55,757 nt of DNA from a virus (lineage: Duplodnaviria; Caudoviricetes): positions 1 through 55,757 of IMG/VR virus record IMGVR_UViG_3300048902_000067; one strand, written 5' to 3'. The notes beneath the pieces are model-generated. The model searched no databases, was not told the origin of the DNA, and worked only from the letters and a program-made list of their open reading frames with translations. Positions 27,498-35,667 of the stretch are shown here, one piece after another; position 1 is the first letter of the stretch; each line of letters starts with the position of its first letter. Both the position numbers and the translations under genes were made by a program.

Positions 27498-27871
27498 TCG
27501 ATCCCGCCTTCGAGGCCGAGTGGACGCGCTGCGCGCCATGGATCGGGGCGGCGCTTGAATATAGCGGCGGCTCTCATGACCTTGAGGATGTCAAGGCTGC
27601 GGTGGAGCGCGGCGAAGCCAGGCTTTGGGGTTGGCCGAACAGCGCTGTTGTCACCGAGTTGCAGAACTGGCCGCGTGGGCGGTTCCTGCTGATCTGGCTG
27701 GCGGGCGGCGCGCTGGACGAGTTGCGCGATGTGATGCTCCCCCAGGTGGAAGACTACGGCCGCGAACAGGGGTGTGACCGGGTCTATGTTATCGGCCGCT
27801 CCGGCTGGGCCAAGGCGCTTCCGGGATATCGTCAAGTCGCCGTGTCGGTGGCGAAGGAGCTTTCGAATTGA
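27494..27871 (+). CDS. Virion assembly protein, acetyltransferase-like fold
   Basis: WLAGG.LDEL...GC....GR.GW; lies between nozzle and ejection genes. Confidence 0.75.
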   Translation: MIDPAFEAEWTRCAPWIGAALEYSGGSHDLEDVKAAVERGEARLWGWPNSAVVTELQNWPRGRFLLIWLAGGALDELRDVMLPQVEDYGREQGCDRVYVIGRSGWAKALPGYRQVAVSVAKELSN

Positions 27872-28965
27872 GCAAGCCGTCACAGAAACAAAGTTCGACA
27901 ACCAACCAATCGACGACCGGAACCTCTGCGTTCAATACCAGCAACCGATCCTATGCGCCGGACTGGATCACCAATGCGGTGCAGGGCGTCACCAGCAATG
28001 TCTCCAACTTGGCCGGACAAAACCCGCAGAGCTTTGTGGCCGGACCCAATGCGCTGCTCTCCCAAGCCGCCAATGGAGCGCAAAACCTCAGCGGGACGCC
28101 ATGGGACTATGACGGCGCGCTTGATGTCACTGCGGGCGTGGCGCACTCCAAGGCGCCGCAGATCGCTGATCTCATGCGGTCGTTCATGGACCCCTATCAA
28201 AATCAGGTGGTGGACGCCACCTCGGCCGATCTGGATCACAGCGACAATATCGCCCGTCAACAGTCCGACCTTTCCAACCCCGGAGCGTTTGGCGGTTCTG
28301 GCGTGGCCTTGACCAAGTCGGCGATGGAGGATGCCTTGTCGCGGGCTCGGGCCACGACGCTTGGCGGTTTACGGTCGCAGGGCTTCGCGACCGCACTACA
28401 GGGCGCGACGGCCCAAGCGGGAGCGAACCAGAACACGCAAGCCCAGCGGCTCGCCGCCGGGGGGCAGTACGCCAATATCGCCGATCAGTTCGGTGCGAAC
28501 CAGCGCGCCACCGTCGCCGCCCAGGACGCCGCAGGCGCGCCGTTGCAGGCCATCGCTCAATCCCAGGCCCAGGCGCCCCTTAATCTGGCGACATGGGGCA
28601 GCCAGACCCTTCCAGACCTGTTGCGATCTTATTTCGGAACCGATGCCACCGGCGCCACCAACTCGACGCAGAATATGACCGGCACAACCACGGGGAACGG
28701 TTCGTCAAATCCAGGCGCGCTGTCTTCTGCGGGCGACCTGGCGATGATCGCTTCGTTGTTCATGGGCTCGGATCGAAGCCTGAAGCGCGATGTCCGCCAA
28801 ATCGGCGAGATGGCCAACGGTCTCGCGCTATACGTCTATCGCTACATTTGGGGGCCAGCACGCTTCATCGGCGTCATGGCCGACGAAGTTGCGAAGATCA
28901 GGCCGCAAGCCGTCCGCGAGCGGCCAGACGGCTTCCTCGAAGTCAACTATTCAGCCCTGGCCTAA
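27868..28965 (+). CDS. Ejection protein with a C-terminal S74-type intramolecular chaperone domain
   Basis: MDPYQNQVV, GAFGGS; SDRSLKRD...GVMADEV...V.Y. Confidence 0.8.
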   Translation: MSKPSQKQSSTTNQSTTGTSAFNTSNRSYAPDWITNAVQGVTSNVSNLAGQNPQSFVAGPNALLSQAANGAQNLSGTPWDYDGALDVTAGVAHSKAPQIADLMRSFMDPYQNQVVDATSADLDHSDNIARQQSDLSNPGAFGGSGVALTKSAMEDALSRARATTLGGLRSQGFATALQGATAQAGANQNTQAQRLAAGGQYANIADQFGANQRATVAAQDAAGAPLQAIAQSQAQAPLNLATWGSQTLPDLLRSYFGTDATGATNSTQNMTGTTTGNGSSNPGALSSAGDLAMIASLFMGSDRSLKRDVRQIGEMANGLALYVYRYIWGPARFIGVMADEVAKIRPQAVRERPDGFLEVNYSALA

Positions 28966-28977
28966 GGAGACAAGACC

Positions 28978-29415
28978 ATGCCGTTCGGTTTCAGCGATAT
29001 CGGTTCGATGTTCTCCAAGGGAATGCAGCAGTACGGCTCCGGGCTGGACAAGATGCGCGCCCTGCCGATGAACCAGAAGATGATGGCCGCCGGCCAGATT
29101 CTGCATGGCGGGGTCAATCCAGCGGACATGATGGGCGCGGCCTATAAGCTGGGTCAGCCTGGGGCGGCGCCGATTGATCCCAATGCGACACCTGGCGCAC
29201 CGCCCGTTGCGCCACCCCCCGTCGAGACGGCTCCTGCGCCAGCGCAGGACGCACAGAGCCATGGATCTGATCTCTTCATGGGCCTTTTGCCACTGTTGAT
29301 GAAGAACGGCATTGGAACCGGCCTGCTTGATGGCAAAGGGCTTGGACTCCTCGGCGGCGGTGCTGGGGGCGGTATCGGCGGACTGCTCGGCAAGTTCGGT
29401 TTCGGTGGTCACTGA
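28978..29415 (+). CDS. Gly/Met-rich putative ejection protein
   Basis: AAGGAG ribosome-binding site; composition and position. Confidence 0.65.
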   Translation: MPFGFSDIGSMFSKGMQQYGSGLDKMRALPMNQKMMAAGQILHGGVNPADMMGAAYKLGQPGAAPIDPNATPGAPPVAPPPVETAPAPAQDAQSHGSDLFMGLLPLLMKNGIGTGLLDGKGLGLLGGGAGGGIGGLLGKFGFGGH

Positions 29416-29418
29416 CCC

Positions 29419-31467
29419 ATGGCCTTTGGGTTCACCCTTCCGAAGCTGCCGACGCAGGCGCTGGCCGGGAATCCCAGCGGTGGGTCCGGCCTGACCTTCG
29501 CCGATAAGCTGATGATGTTCGGGGCAATCGCCAAGGGTCATCCCGAGATGGCGATGCAGATTCCGCTCATGGCCCAAGCGCGCCAGCAATTTCGAGTGCA
29601 GCAGGACGCGACTGACGCGCTGGCGGACTATGCGAGCGGAAAGTCGGCCGCATCACCGGCCCAATCGGTGGTCAGCAGGGTTCCCACGCTTATGCCTGGA
29701 GACGATGCGGCGGCCAATCCGCAGCCGCCCGACCCGCTGACTTCGATGAAGTCAGCGTTAGGCGTGGCGAGCGGCATCGGGCCGGGCGGCTTCGGTTCTA
29801 CCCTCCCAGCGCTGACCAACCCCATGCGGGCGCCGCAGTTCAGCATTCCACCCACAGCCCCCGCCTTGACGGCGCCCCAGGCGACCCCTGGTGGGGCGCC
29901 CACCGTACGAGGCGCGACCCCATATCTCTCGAAATTGGCTCGCGCGGGCGGTAATATCGAGCCTTGGGTCAAGATGCTGGTCGCTGCCCAGCCGAAAGCT
30001 CAGGTGGTCAACGGCCGCGTTCTGGACGAGAATGACCCGAGCATCTACGGCGGCTATTATGGCGAGGCGCCGACGAAAGGCGCTGAACCAGTCTACGACG
30101 GCAACGGCAAGCAAGTCGGCTGGCACATGGCCGATGGCGCGATCCAGGCGATCAGCGATGTCGCCAAGGCTACCGCTGCCGGAACAAAGGCGGGGGAGCT
30201 TCCCTACGTGGCTCCAGCAGCGGAAGCGCAGGCTTCCGGCACAGAACGCGGCAAAGCGCCCTATACTCTGGTCACCAAGGATGTTGGCGGCGTTCCAACA
30301 ACCATGACGCTGCCTCAGGCCCTGTCCCTGGCCGGCGGCGGCTCCGGGCCTGGCTCTGCTCCCCAAGCATCAGGCGTCGGAGCTACGGCGGCGCGCCTTG
30401 ATCCTCAGGCCTTCTACAAGGGATTCGTGCTGAAACATGAAGGCGGCCTGAATCCATCGGACCTGAACGGCGCGCCGACGATGTATGGCTTCAATCAGTC
30501 CGCCAACCCGGATATCAACGTCAAGACGCTGACACCGGACACTGCCGCCCAGCGGTTCTCACAGCGCTATTTCGCGCAGTCCGGCGCGGCCGATCTACCG
30601 GCCCCGCTCGCAGCGGCCCATGCGGATACCTACTTCATCAATCCCAAAAAGGCGCAGGCGATCCTAGCGCAATCCGGCGGCGATCCTGGCAAATACATGG
30701 ACCTGCGCGAGCAGTGGCTAAACGGCCTCGTCAAGACCCAGCCGGGGGCGGCGAAATACGCCAATGCCTGGGCCAATCGCAACGCCGATTTGCGTGATGT
30801 AATTGCTCAGTTGGGCGGCGCTCAACCACAAGCTGGCGCACCAGTCCAGACATCAGCCACGGTTTCGCCTCCCGGCTTCCACGGCGTCAATGCCGATGAC
30901 GCCAAGAAGGTCGCGACCTATGCGGAAGACGCCCGTACAGCAGAGGATGTCGCGCAGAAGGCCCACCAGTTCCAGCAACTGAACACCAAGACGTTCACCG
31001 GACCCGTCTTCAACCCAGTGCGCCTGCACGTTCCGTTGCTGGGCGATGTTCCGTTGAACCCCATCTCTGGCATCGGTTCGGCGTTCCAGCCAGGATCGCA
31101 GGCAATGGACAATCTGTCGATGCAAATGGCGAGTGGCCTGCGCGTGCCTGGCCAACGCCTTACCCAGGCGGAAATCTTCCAGAACCTGAAGACCGTCCCG
31201 CGCCGGGGTAGTTTACCGGCCTCGAATGACACAAGCGCGGCTGTAATTGACGACCGAGCCGCCACAAAGCGCGCCTATGCCAATTTCATGTCCGACTGGC
31301 TTGCAAGGACCGGCTCCCTGAACGGAGCCGACGCGGCCTGGGCGCGGTCAGCGGCGGGTCAAGGCGTAGGGCGGCCATCACCGCCCGTTCCCTCAATGAG
31401 AGCCCAGCCGATGCAGCAGATCAAGCTGAAGTCTGGCGGCACGGCGACCGTGGTTCCGGTGGGATAG
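29419..31467 (+). CDS. Ejection protein with a GH108-like muramidase domain
   Basis: LKHEGG....D..GAPTMYG motif. Confidence 0.75.
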   Translation: MAFGFTLPKLPTQALAGNPSGGSGLTFADKLMMFGAIAKGHPEMAMQIPLMAQARQQFRVQQDATDALADYASGKSAASPAQSVVSRVPTLMPGDDAAANPQPPDPLTSMKSALGVASGIGPGGFGSTLPALTNPMRAPQFSIPPTAPALTAPQATPGGAPTVRGATPYLSKLARAGGNIEPWVKMLVAAQPKAQVVNGRVLDENDPSIYGGYYGEAPTKGAEPVYDGNGKQVGWHMADGAIQAISDVAKATAAGTKAGELPYVAPAAEAQASGTERGKAPYTLVTKDVGGVPTTMTLPQALSLAGGGSGPGSAPQASGVGATAARLDPQAFYKGFVLKHEGGLNPSDLNGAPTMYGFNQSANPDINVKTLTPDTAAQRFSQRYFAQSGAADLPAPLAAAHADTYFINPKKAQAILAQSGGDPGKYMDLREQWLNGLVKTQPGAAKYANAWANRNADLRDVIAQLGGAQPQAGAPVQTSATVSPPGFHGVNADDAKKVATYAEDARTAEDVAQKAHQFQQLNTKTFTGPVFNPVRLHVPLLGDVPLNPISGIGSAFQPGSQAMDNLSMQMASGLRVPGQRLTQAEIFQNLKTVPRRGSLPASNDTSAAVIDDRAATKRAYANFMSDWLARTGSLNGADAAWARSAAGQGVGRPSPPVPSMRAQPMQQIKLKSGGTATVVPVG

Positions 31468-31471
31468 GCTA

Positions 31472-33571
31472 ATGCCAAAATATCAGATCACCGTGCCAGA
31501 TGGTCGCCAGGTCGTGGTTGACGCCACTAACCCGCAGGATGCGGCGGAAGCGGCAGGGACATGGGCTAATCAAGGTAAGAGCCCAGCCGAGATCAAGGCC
31601 GCAGCCGATGCCCAGCCGATCAAGCCCGGCGCGGGCGGTCTTATGCGCTCCATGGTCAATGGCCTCACCTTCAATGCGGCTCCGGAGTTCAATGGGGCCA
31701 TCAACGCGGGCATGACCGGCATTCGCAATTTTGTTGCTCACGCCACTGGCCAACCGGACGCCGGCTACAACATGGGCGACGCCTTCAAAGCCGCCGAGAC
31801 GGTTGAACGCAATGCAGGCCAGAGGTTCTCAGCCGATCATCCGATCCTTAATATCGGGGGCAATCTAACCGGGGCGATGCTGAACCCCGCCAACGTAATT
31901 GCCGGTAAGTTCGTTGCTGGCGCGCCGACGCTTGCTGGGACAACGCTCCGGTCTGCCGCCACCGCCGCTCCGATTGGCGCCGTCTATGGAGCTGGCGCCG
32001 CTGGACCAGGCAAGCGCTTAAGGGGCGCGATGACCGGCGGCGCGGCTGGCGCCGTCATGGGCGCCGCCGCGCCGCCGCTTCTGGCTGGCGGAAAAGCCTT
32101 GCTCGGCGCTGCGGGAGATATGGTCGGGGACCTAACGAGCGGCGCACGCAATCTGATTTCGCCGGCCGATCCGGAAGGGGCGGTGGGATTGGCCGATACA
32201 GATGTGGCCATGGCCAAGCTGAGCGATCTCGCAAAATCGAAGGGCATCGATATCCCGATGCTCTCCGACCCAAGCGGGAAGGGCATGACCACGGCGGAAG
32301 CCATCGGCAGGCCGGGGATCAGCAGCCTTGGAGCCTTGGCCAGGCGCTCCGGCACGACGCCTGACGTTTTGGAGGCGCAGCTACGCACCCGCGCCGCCAA
32401 CGCTCCCGCCCGAATCCTCGACGATTTCGCGGCGGTCTCGGGCATTCACCCGGAGGAAGCGGCCGGAAACGTCGATGCTCTCTCCAGCCGCCTGGAGGCG
32501 GAGGCCGAGCCGCTCTATACCGCTGTACGCTCCAATCCAGCGCCGATCTGGAACACCGATCTCGCGAAACTTTCCGAGCGACCGGCGATCAAAAAGGCGA
32601 TCGATGCGGCTGGGAAGTCGATGCTGAACGCTGGTCAGGACCCGGTCGCGGTCGGCCTGAAGCTGGACCCAGACACCGGCGCCTTTGTGCTCAATCAGGA
32701 TCTTTCCAACTCCACCGAAGCACAGCCCACGGCGGCGACCTGGGATAAGGTAAAGAAGATGGTCAGCGCCTTGGTGCAGCGCGATCCGGTGACGGGCCGG
32801 GTGATCAGGACTGGGGAAGTTGGCATTCAGAACGGTGATTACGCCACAGCGGCCAAGGACTTGACCACGGCCCTTGCGGGCGATCCCGCACATGGGGTTC
32901 AGGGGGCTATTCCGGGCTACCGCGCCGCTCTCGACAAAGCTGGAGATTACCTTTCAATGCGAGACGCGTTCGACCGCGCTCAGACCATGTTCCTGAAGCC
33001 GGGTGTCTCCGCCAAGGATTTTGCCAGCGCCTATAGCAGTCTTTCCGAGCCGGAACAGAAGGCGTGGTTATCAGGCATGGCTTCGAAACTGTCGGACCAG
33101 ATGCAAGCAGGACGCCTGACGCCTCGGATGCTGATGCAGCCCCACGTTCAGGGTAAGGTTGCCGCAGTTCTGGGCGATGGCCCGGCTGCGGACTTTCTGG
33201 GCAGGCTCGTGCAGGAAGCCCAGCTTGCCGGCGCCGGAAGTCGCATGATGCCAGGCGCCGGTTCGCCCACCATGGAGCTGCTGAACGCCGCTGGAGAGCA
33301 GGATAGCGGCGGCGTGCCGGGAATGGTCGCAAAAGCGCTAACGCGACCCAAGGCGGTGGTGGCTGATATATGGAATGCTAGCCAATCGCGCCTTACGTCG
33401 CCTCAGGTTCGCAACGAACTAGGGCGCCTCCTGTCGCAGCCCCCTGAGGCCACGGCGGCGGAATTTGGTGGTTGGACGCCGCCCATGAGGCCCGCGATGA
33501 TGCCGCCGAAACTGCCCTATCCAGCCATGGCCGGCGTCACGGGTTCAGCGGTGGCCACTCGCCGCAAGTAG
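31472..33571 (+). CDS. Large ejection (DNA transfer) protein
   Basis: Ala/Gly-rich helical; GLTFN; position. Confidence 0.8.
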   Translation: MPKYQITVPDGRQVVVDATNPQDAAEAAGTWANQGKSPAEIKAAADAQPIKPGAGGLMRSMVNGLTFNAAPEFNGAINAGMTGIRNFVAHATGQPDAGYNMGDAFKAAETVERNAGQRFSADHPILNIGGNLTGAMLNPANVIAGKFVAGAPTLAGTTLRSAATAAPIGAVYGAGAAGPGKRLRGAMTGGAAGAVMGAAAPPLLAGGKALLGAAGDMVGDLTSGARNLISPADPEGAVGLADTDVAMAKLSDLAKSKGIDIPMLSDPSGKGMTTAEAIGRPGISSLGALARRSGTTPDVLEAQLRTRAANAPARILDDFAAVSGIHPEEAAGNVDALSSRLEAEAEPLYTAVRSNPAPIWNTDLAKLSERPAIKKAIDAAGKSMLNAGQDPVAVGLKLDPDTGAFVLNQDLSNSTEAQPTAATWDKVKKMVSALVQRDPVTGRVIRTGEVGIQNGDYATAAKDLTTALAGDPAHGVQGAIPGYRAALDKAGDYLSMRDAFDRAQTMFLKPGVSAKDFASAYSSLSEPEQKAWLSGMASKLSDQMQAGRLTPRMLMQPHVQGKVAAVLGDGPAADFLGRLVQEAQLAGAGSRMMPGAGSPTMELLNAAGEQDSGGVPGMVAKALTRPKAVVADIWNASQSRLTSPQVRNELGRLLSQPPEATAAEFGGWTPPMRPAMMPPKLPYPAMAGVTGSAVATRRK

Positions 33572-33763
33572 CCAGTCCACGAAACGGTCGATTGGCGGCG
33601 TGATCAGCCACTTCAACACGGCTAGGCCGCCAAACATGAAGGCGACGGCAAGAAGCTGACGGATCGGACCCAGCCCCGCTAACGGGTCCCAACGCTTTGG
33701 GCGCGAGGGTTTGCGCTCGCTGACGATCTCATATTCCGCGTCGATGTAGGGCTTGTCCCGCAC
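33545..33763 (-). CDS. Small single-transmembrane protein
   Basis: IDAEYEIV N-terminus plus hydrophobic helix; antisense moron position. Confidence 0.6.
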   Translation of the reverse strand: MRDKPYIDAEYEIVSERKPSRPKRWDPLAGLGPIRQLLAVAFMFGGLAVLKWLITPPIDRFVDWLLAASGHR

Positions 33764-33835
33764 GGCGAGACCTTACCGCACCCACATCGCCGCGACTAGA
33801 GCTGCACAACCACACCTGACATCGGAGACCACCCC

Positions 33836-34222
33836 ATGAGGCTCAATGTCCTCGGCGCGACTCTGTGCGCCCTCCTCGCCATGGATGTCCGTACGGCCCT
33901 GGCCGATCCGGTTCCCTTCCATTGGCTGGAAGACAGCACCGTCAGCACCTCCAACAACAACTCCAGCTCCAGTGTCGCGCTGAAGAAGATGCCAACGGGT
34001 GAGGTTCAGATTCGGATCGTCAGCAATTGCGCGACGCTCATGTATATCCGCAAGGGAACGGACAGCACGGTCACCGCGACAAACACTGATTTGCCGATTG
34101 CGCCGAACGAGGTTGAGGTTTTGACCCTCAACAACAACCCCAACGCGCCAATCACCCACCTGGCGATGATCTCGCCATCGGGCTCGTGCACGATTTTCTT
34201 TACGACCGGATCGGGGATTTAA
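33836..34222 (+). CDS. Signal-peptide-bearing small beta-sandwich protein (putative spike/fibre base)
   Basis: Ends ...RTALA|D; IRIV...VTAT..D.PI.P...THLA.I...T.G.G; 2 Cys in the mature part. Confidence 0.75.
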   Translation: MRLNVLGATLCALLAMDVRTALADPVPFHWLEDSTVSTSNNNSSSSVALKKMPTGEVQIRIVSNCATLMYIRKGTDSTVTATNTDLPIAPNEVEVLTLNNNPNAPITHLAMISPSGSCTIFFTTGSGI

Positions 34223-34223
34223 G

Positions 34224-34451
34224 ATGCTTGCCCTGGCGCTGGCCGTCAGCCTGTTGCGGGCGGTTCTGATCTCGCAAGACCCGCCCCACAACGAGCAGCA
34301 AGCTCAGATCATCCTCGCGTCGGTTCACGTCGGCTCCCGGGGTCCCGGGCACCTTTCGCGGACCGGAACCGCAGCCTCAGCCAGTGGCTGCACCGCCGGT
34401 CAACTCGACTTCTCCTGCGCCGCGAACTCCGCCCTGATCTCCGTTCTCTAA
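34224..34451 (+). CDS. Small protein with hydrophobic N-terminus and C-terminal C..GQLDFSC..NS motif
   Basis: Coupled; 2 Cys. Confidence 0.6.
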   Translation: MLALALAVSLLRAVLISQDPPHNEQQAQIILASVHVGSRGPGHLSRTGTAASASGCTAGQLDFSCAANSALISVL

Positions 34452-34464
34452 GGAACCTCCCGCC

Positions 34465-35667
34465 ATGCGCTTTTTCCGCAATGCCCTCGCGGCGCTCGCC
34501 CTCGTGTGCCTGCCGTTCGAGCAGGCCTTCGCCCAAGCCCAGACCGGCCTCGCGGTCAAGGACGGGGCGGGCGCCAGCCAGACCCTCTGCACCTATACGG
34601 TCGGCGGCAATCAAGTGTCCTGTCAGACTGGGGTAAACACGTCGGGAAGTGCCGGCTCCATCACCGCTGCCGATGCCGCCACTACCTCGACGCCCGGCCA
34701 AAGCAGCGTCGGAATCATCACTGGGGCGCCGACCGCCAGCTCATTCAAGGACTATGCGATCTCTACGGCCGCATCGGGTGGCACCCTGACGATCAGCGGG
34801 ACCTTCGTTGCCACGGCCAAGATCGAGGCCAGTTACGATGGCGGGACCAGTTACGTCGCGGCGAGCGGACTGCTGCGCGGCACCGGCATTCTCACCTCGA
34901 CGGTCACCGCGCCGGGAGCGTTCTCACTCGACCTGAACGGCGTCACGAATCTGCGTGTCCGCTCGACGGCCTACACGTCCGGCACGATGACCGTGAACTT
35001 CACCTATTCGGGTGCGCCGGGGATGTCGAAAATCCTCAACGGCGTCACGATCGTTGATAGCCTCGGCGTTGCGCTGGATACGTCGATCGACCGCTACGTG
35101 CAGTGCCGCACCGCGGCGGCCTGCCCGACGCAGGCCCAGGCGACGCCGACCGCGCCGACCGTGCCGACCTTCACCTATACCTTCACCGACGTTTCGATCG
35201 GCGCGAGCCCGACCGACATCGCCTACTTGGTGCGGAATAGCGCGGCATCGGTTGTGCATCTTACCCATGCCTGGATGACTTGCACTGCAGCGTCAGCCGG
35301 AACCCTGCACGTCGAGCTTGCCCGGCGTGGCACCTCGATTGACACCGGAAGCGGGACGGCCCTGTCGGTCGTAAAGCACGATCCCTTGATCGCGCCGGCC
35401 GCTCTGACGACCGCCAACTACTACACGACCGCCCCGACCGTGAACTCCACGGTCGGGAACCTCTGGTCAGGGATGCTGATCGTGCCCAGCGACAGCTCGC
35501 CCGCCACCATTACAACCTCTATGGACTGGTCCGCCGCGCAGCATCCATACGAGGCCCTGGCCGCCATCCGCTCGAACAACGAAGGCCTTGCCATCCACGT
35601 TGTCACTGGCAGCGCCGTGCCCACCACCACCAAGTGCTCGGGCGGCTTCACGGTGGACGAGAACTGA
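34465..35667 (+). CDS. Signal-peptide-bearing Thr/Ser/Ala-rich fibre-like protein
   Basis: MRFFRNALAALALVCLPFEQAFA|Q; ISGTFVAT..IEAS.DGG...RVRSTAYTSGT. Confidence 0.8.
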   Translation: MRFFRNALAALALVCLPFEQAFAQAQTGLAVKDGAGASQTLCTYTVGGNQVSCQTGVNTSGSAGSITAADAATTSTPGQSSVGIITGAPTASSFKDYAISTAASGGTLTISGTFVATAKIEASYDGGTSYVAASGLLRGTGILTSTVTAPGAFSLDLNGVTNLRVRSTAYTSGTMTVNFTYSGAPGMSKILNGVTIVDSLGVALDTSIDRYVQCRTAAACPTQAQATPTAPTVPTFTYTFTDVSIGASPTDIAYLVRNSAASVVHLTHAWMTCTAASAGTLHVELARRGTSIDTGSGTALSVVKHDPLIAPAALTTANYYTTAPTVNSTVGNLWSGMLIVPSDSSPATITTSMDWSAAQHPYEALAAIRSNNEGLAIHVVTGSAVPTTTKCSGGFTVDEN

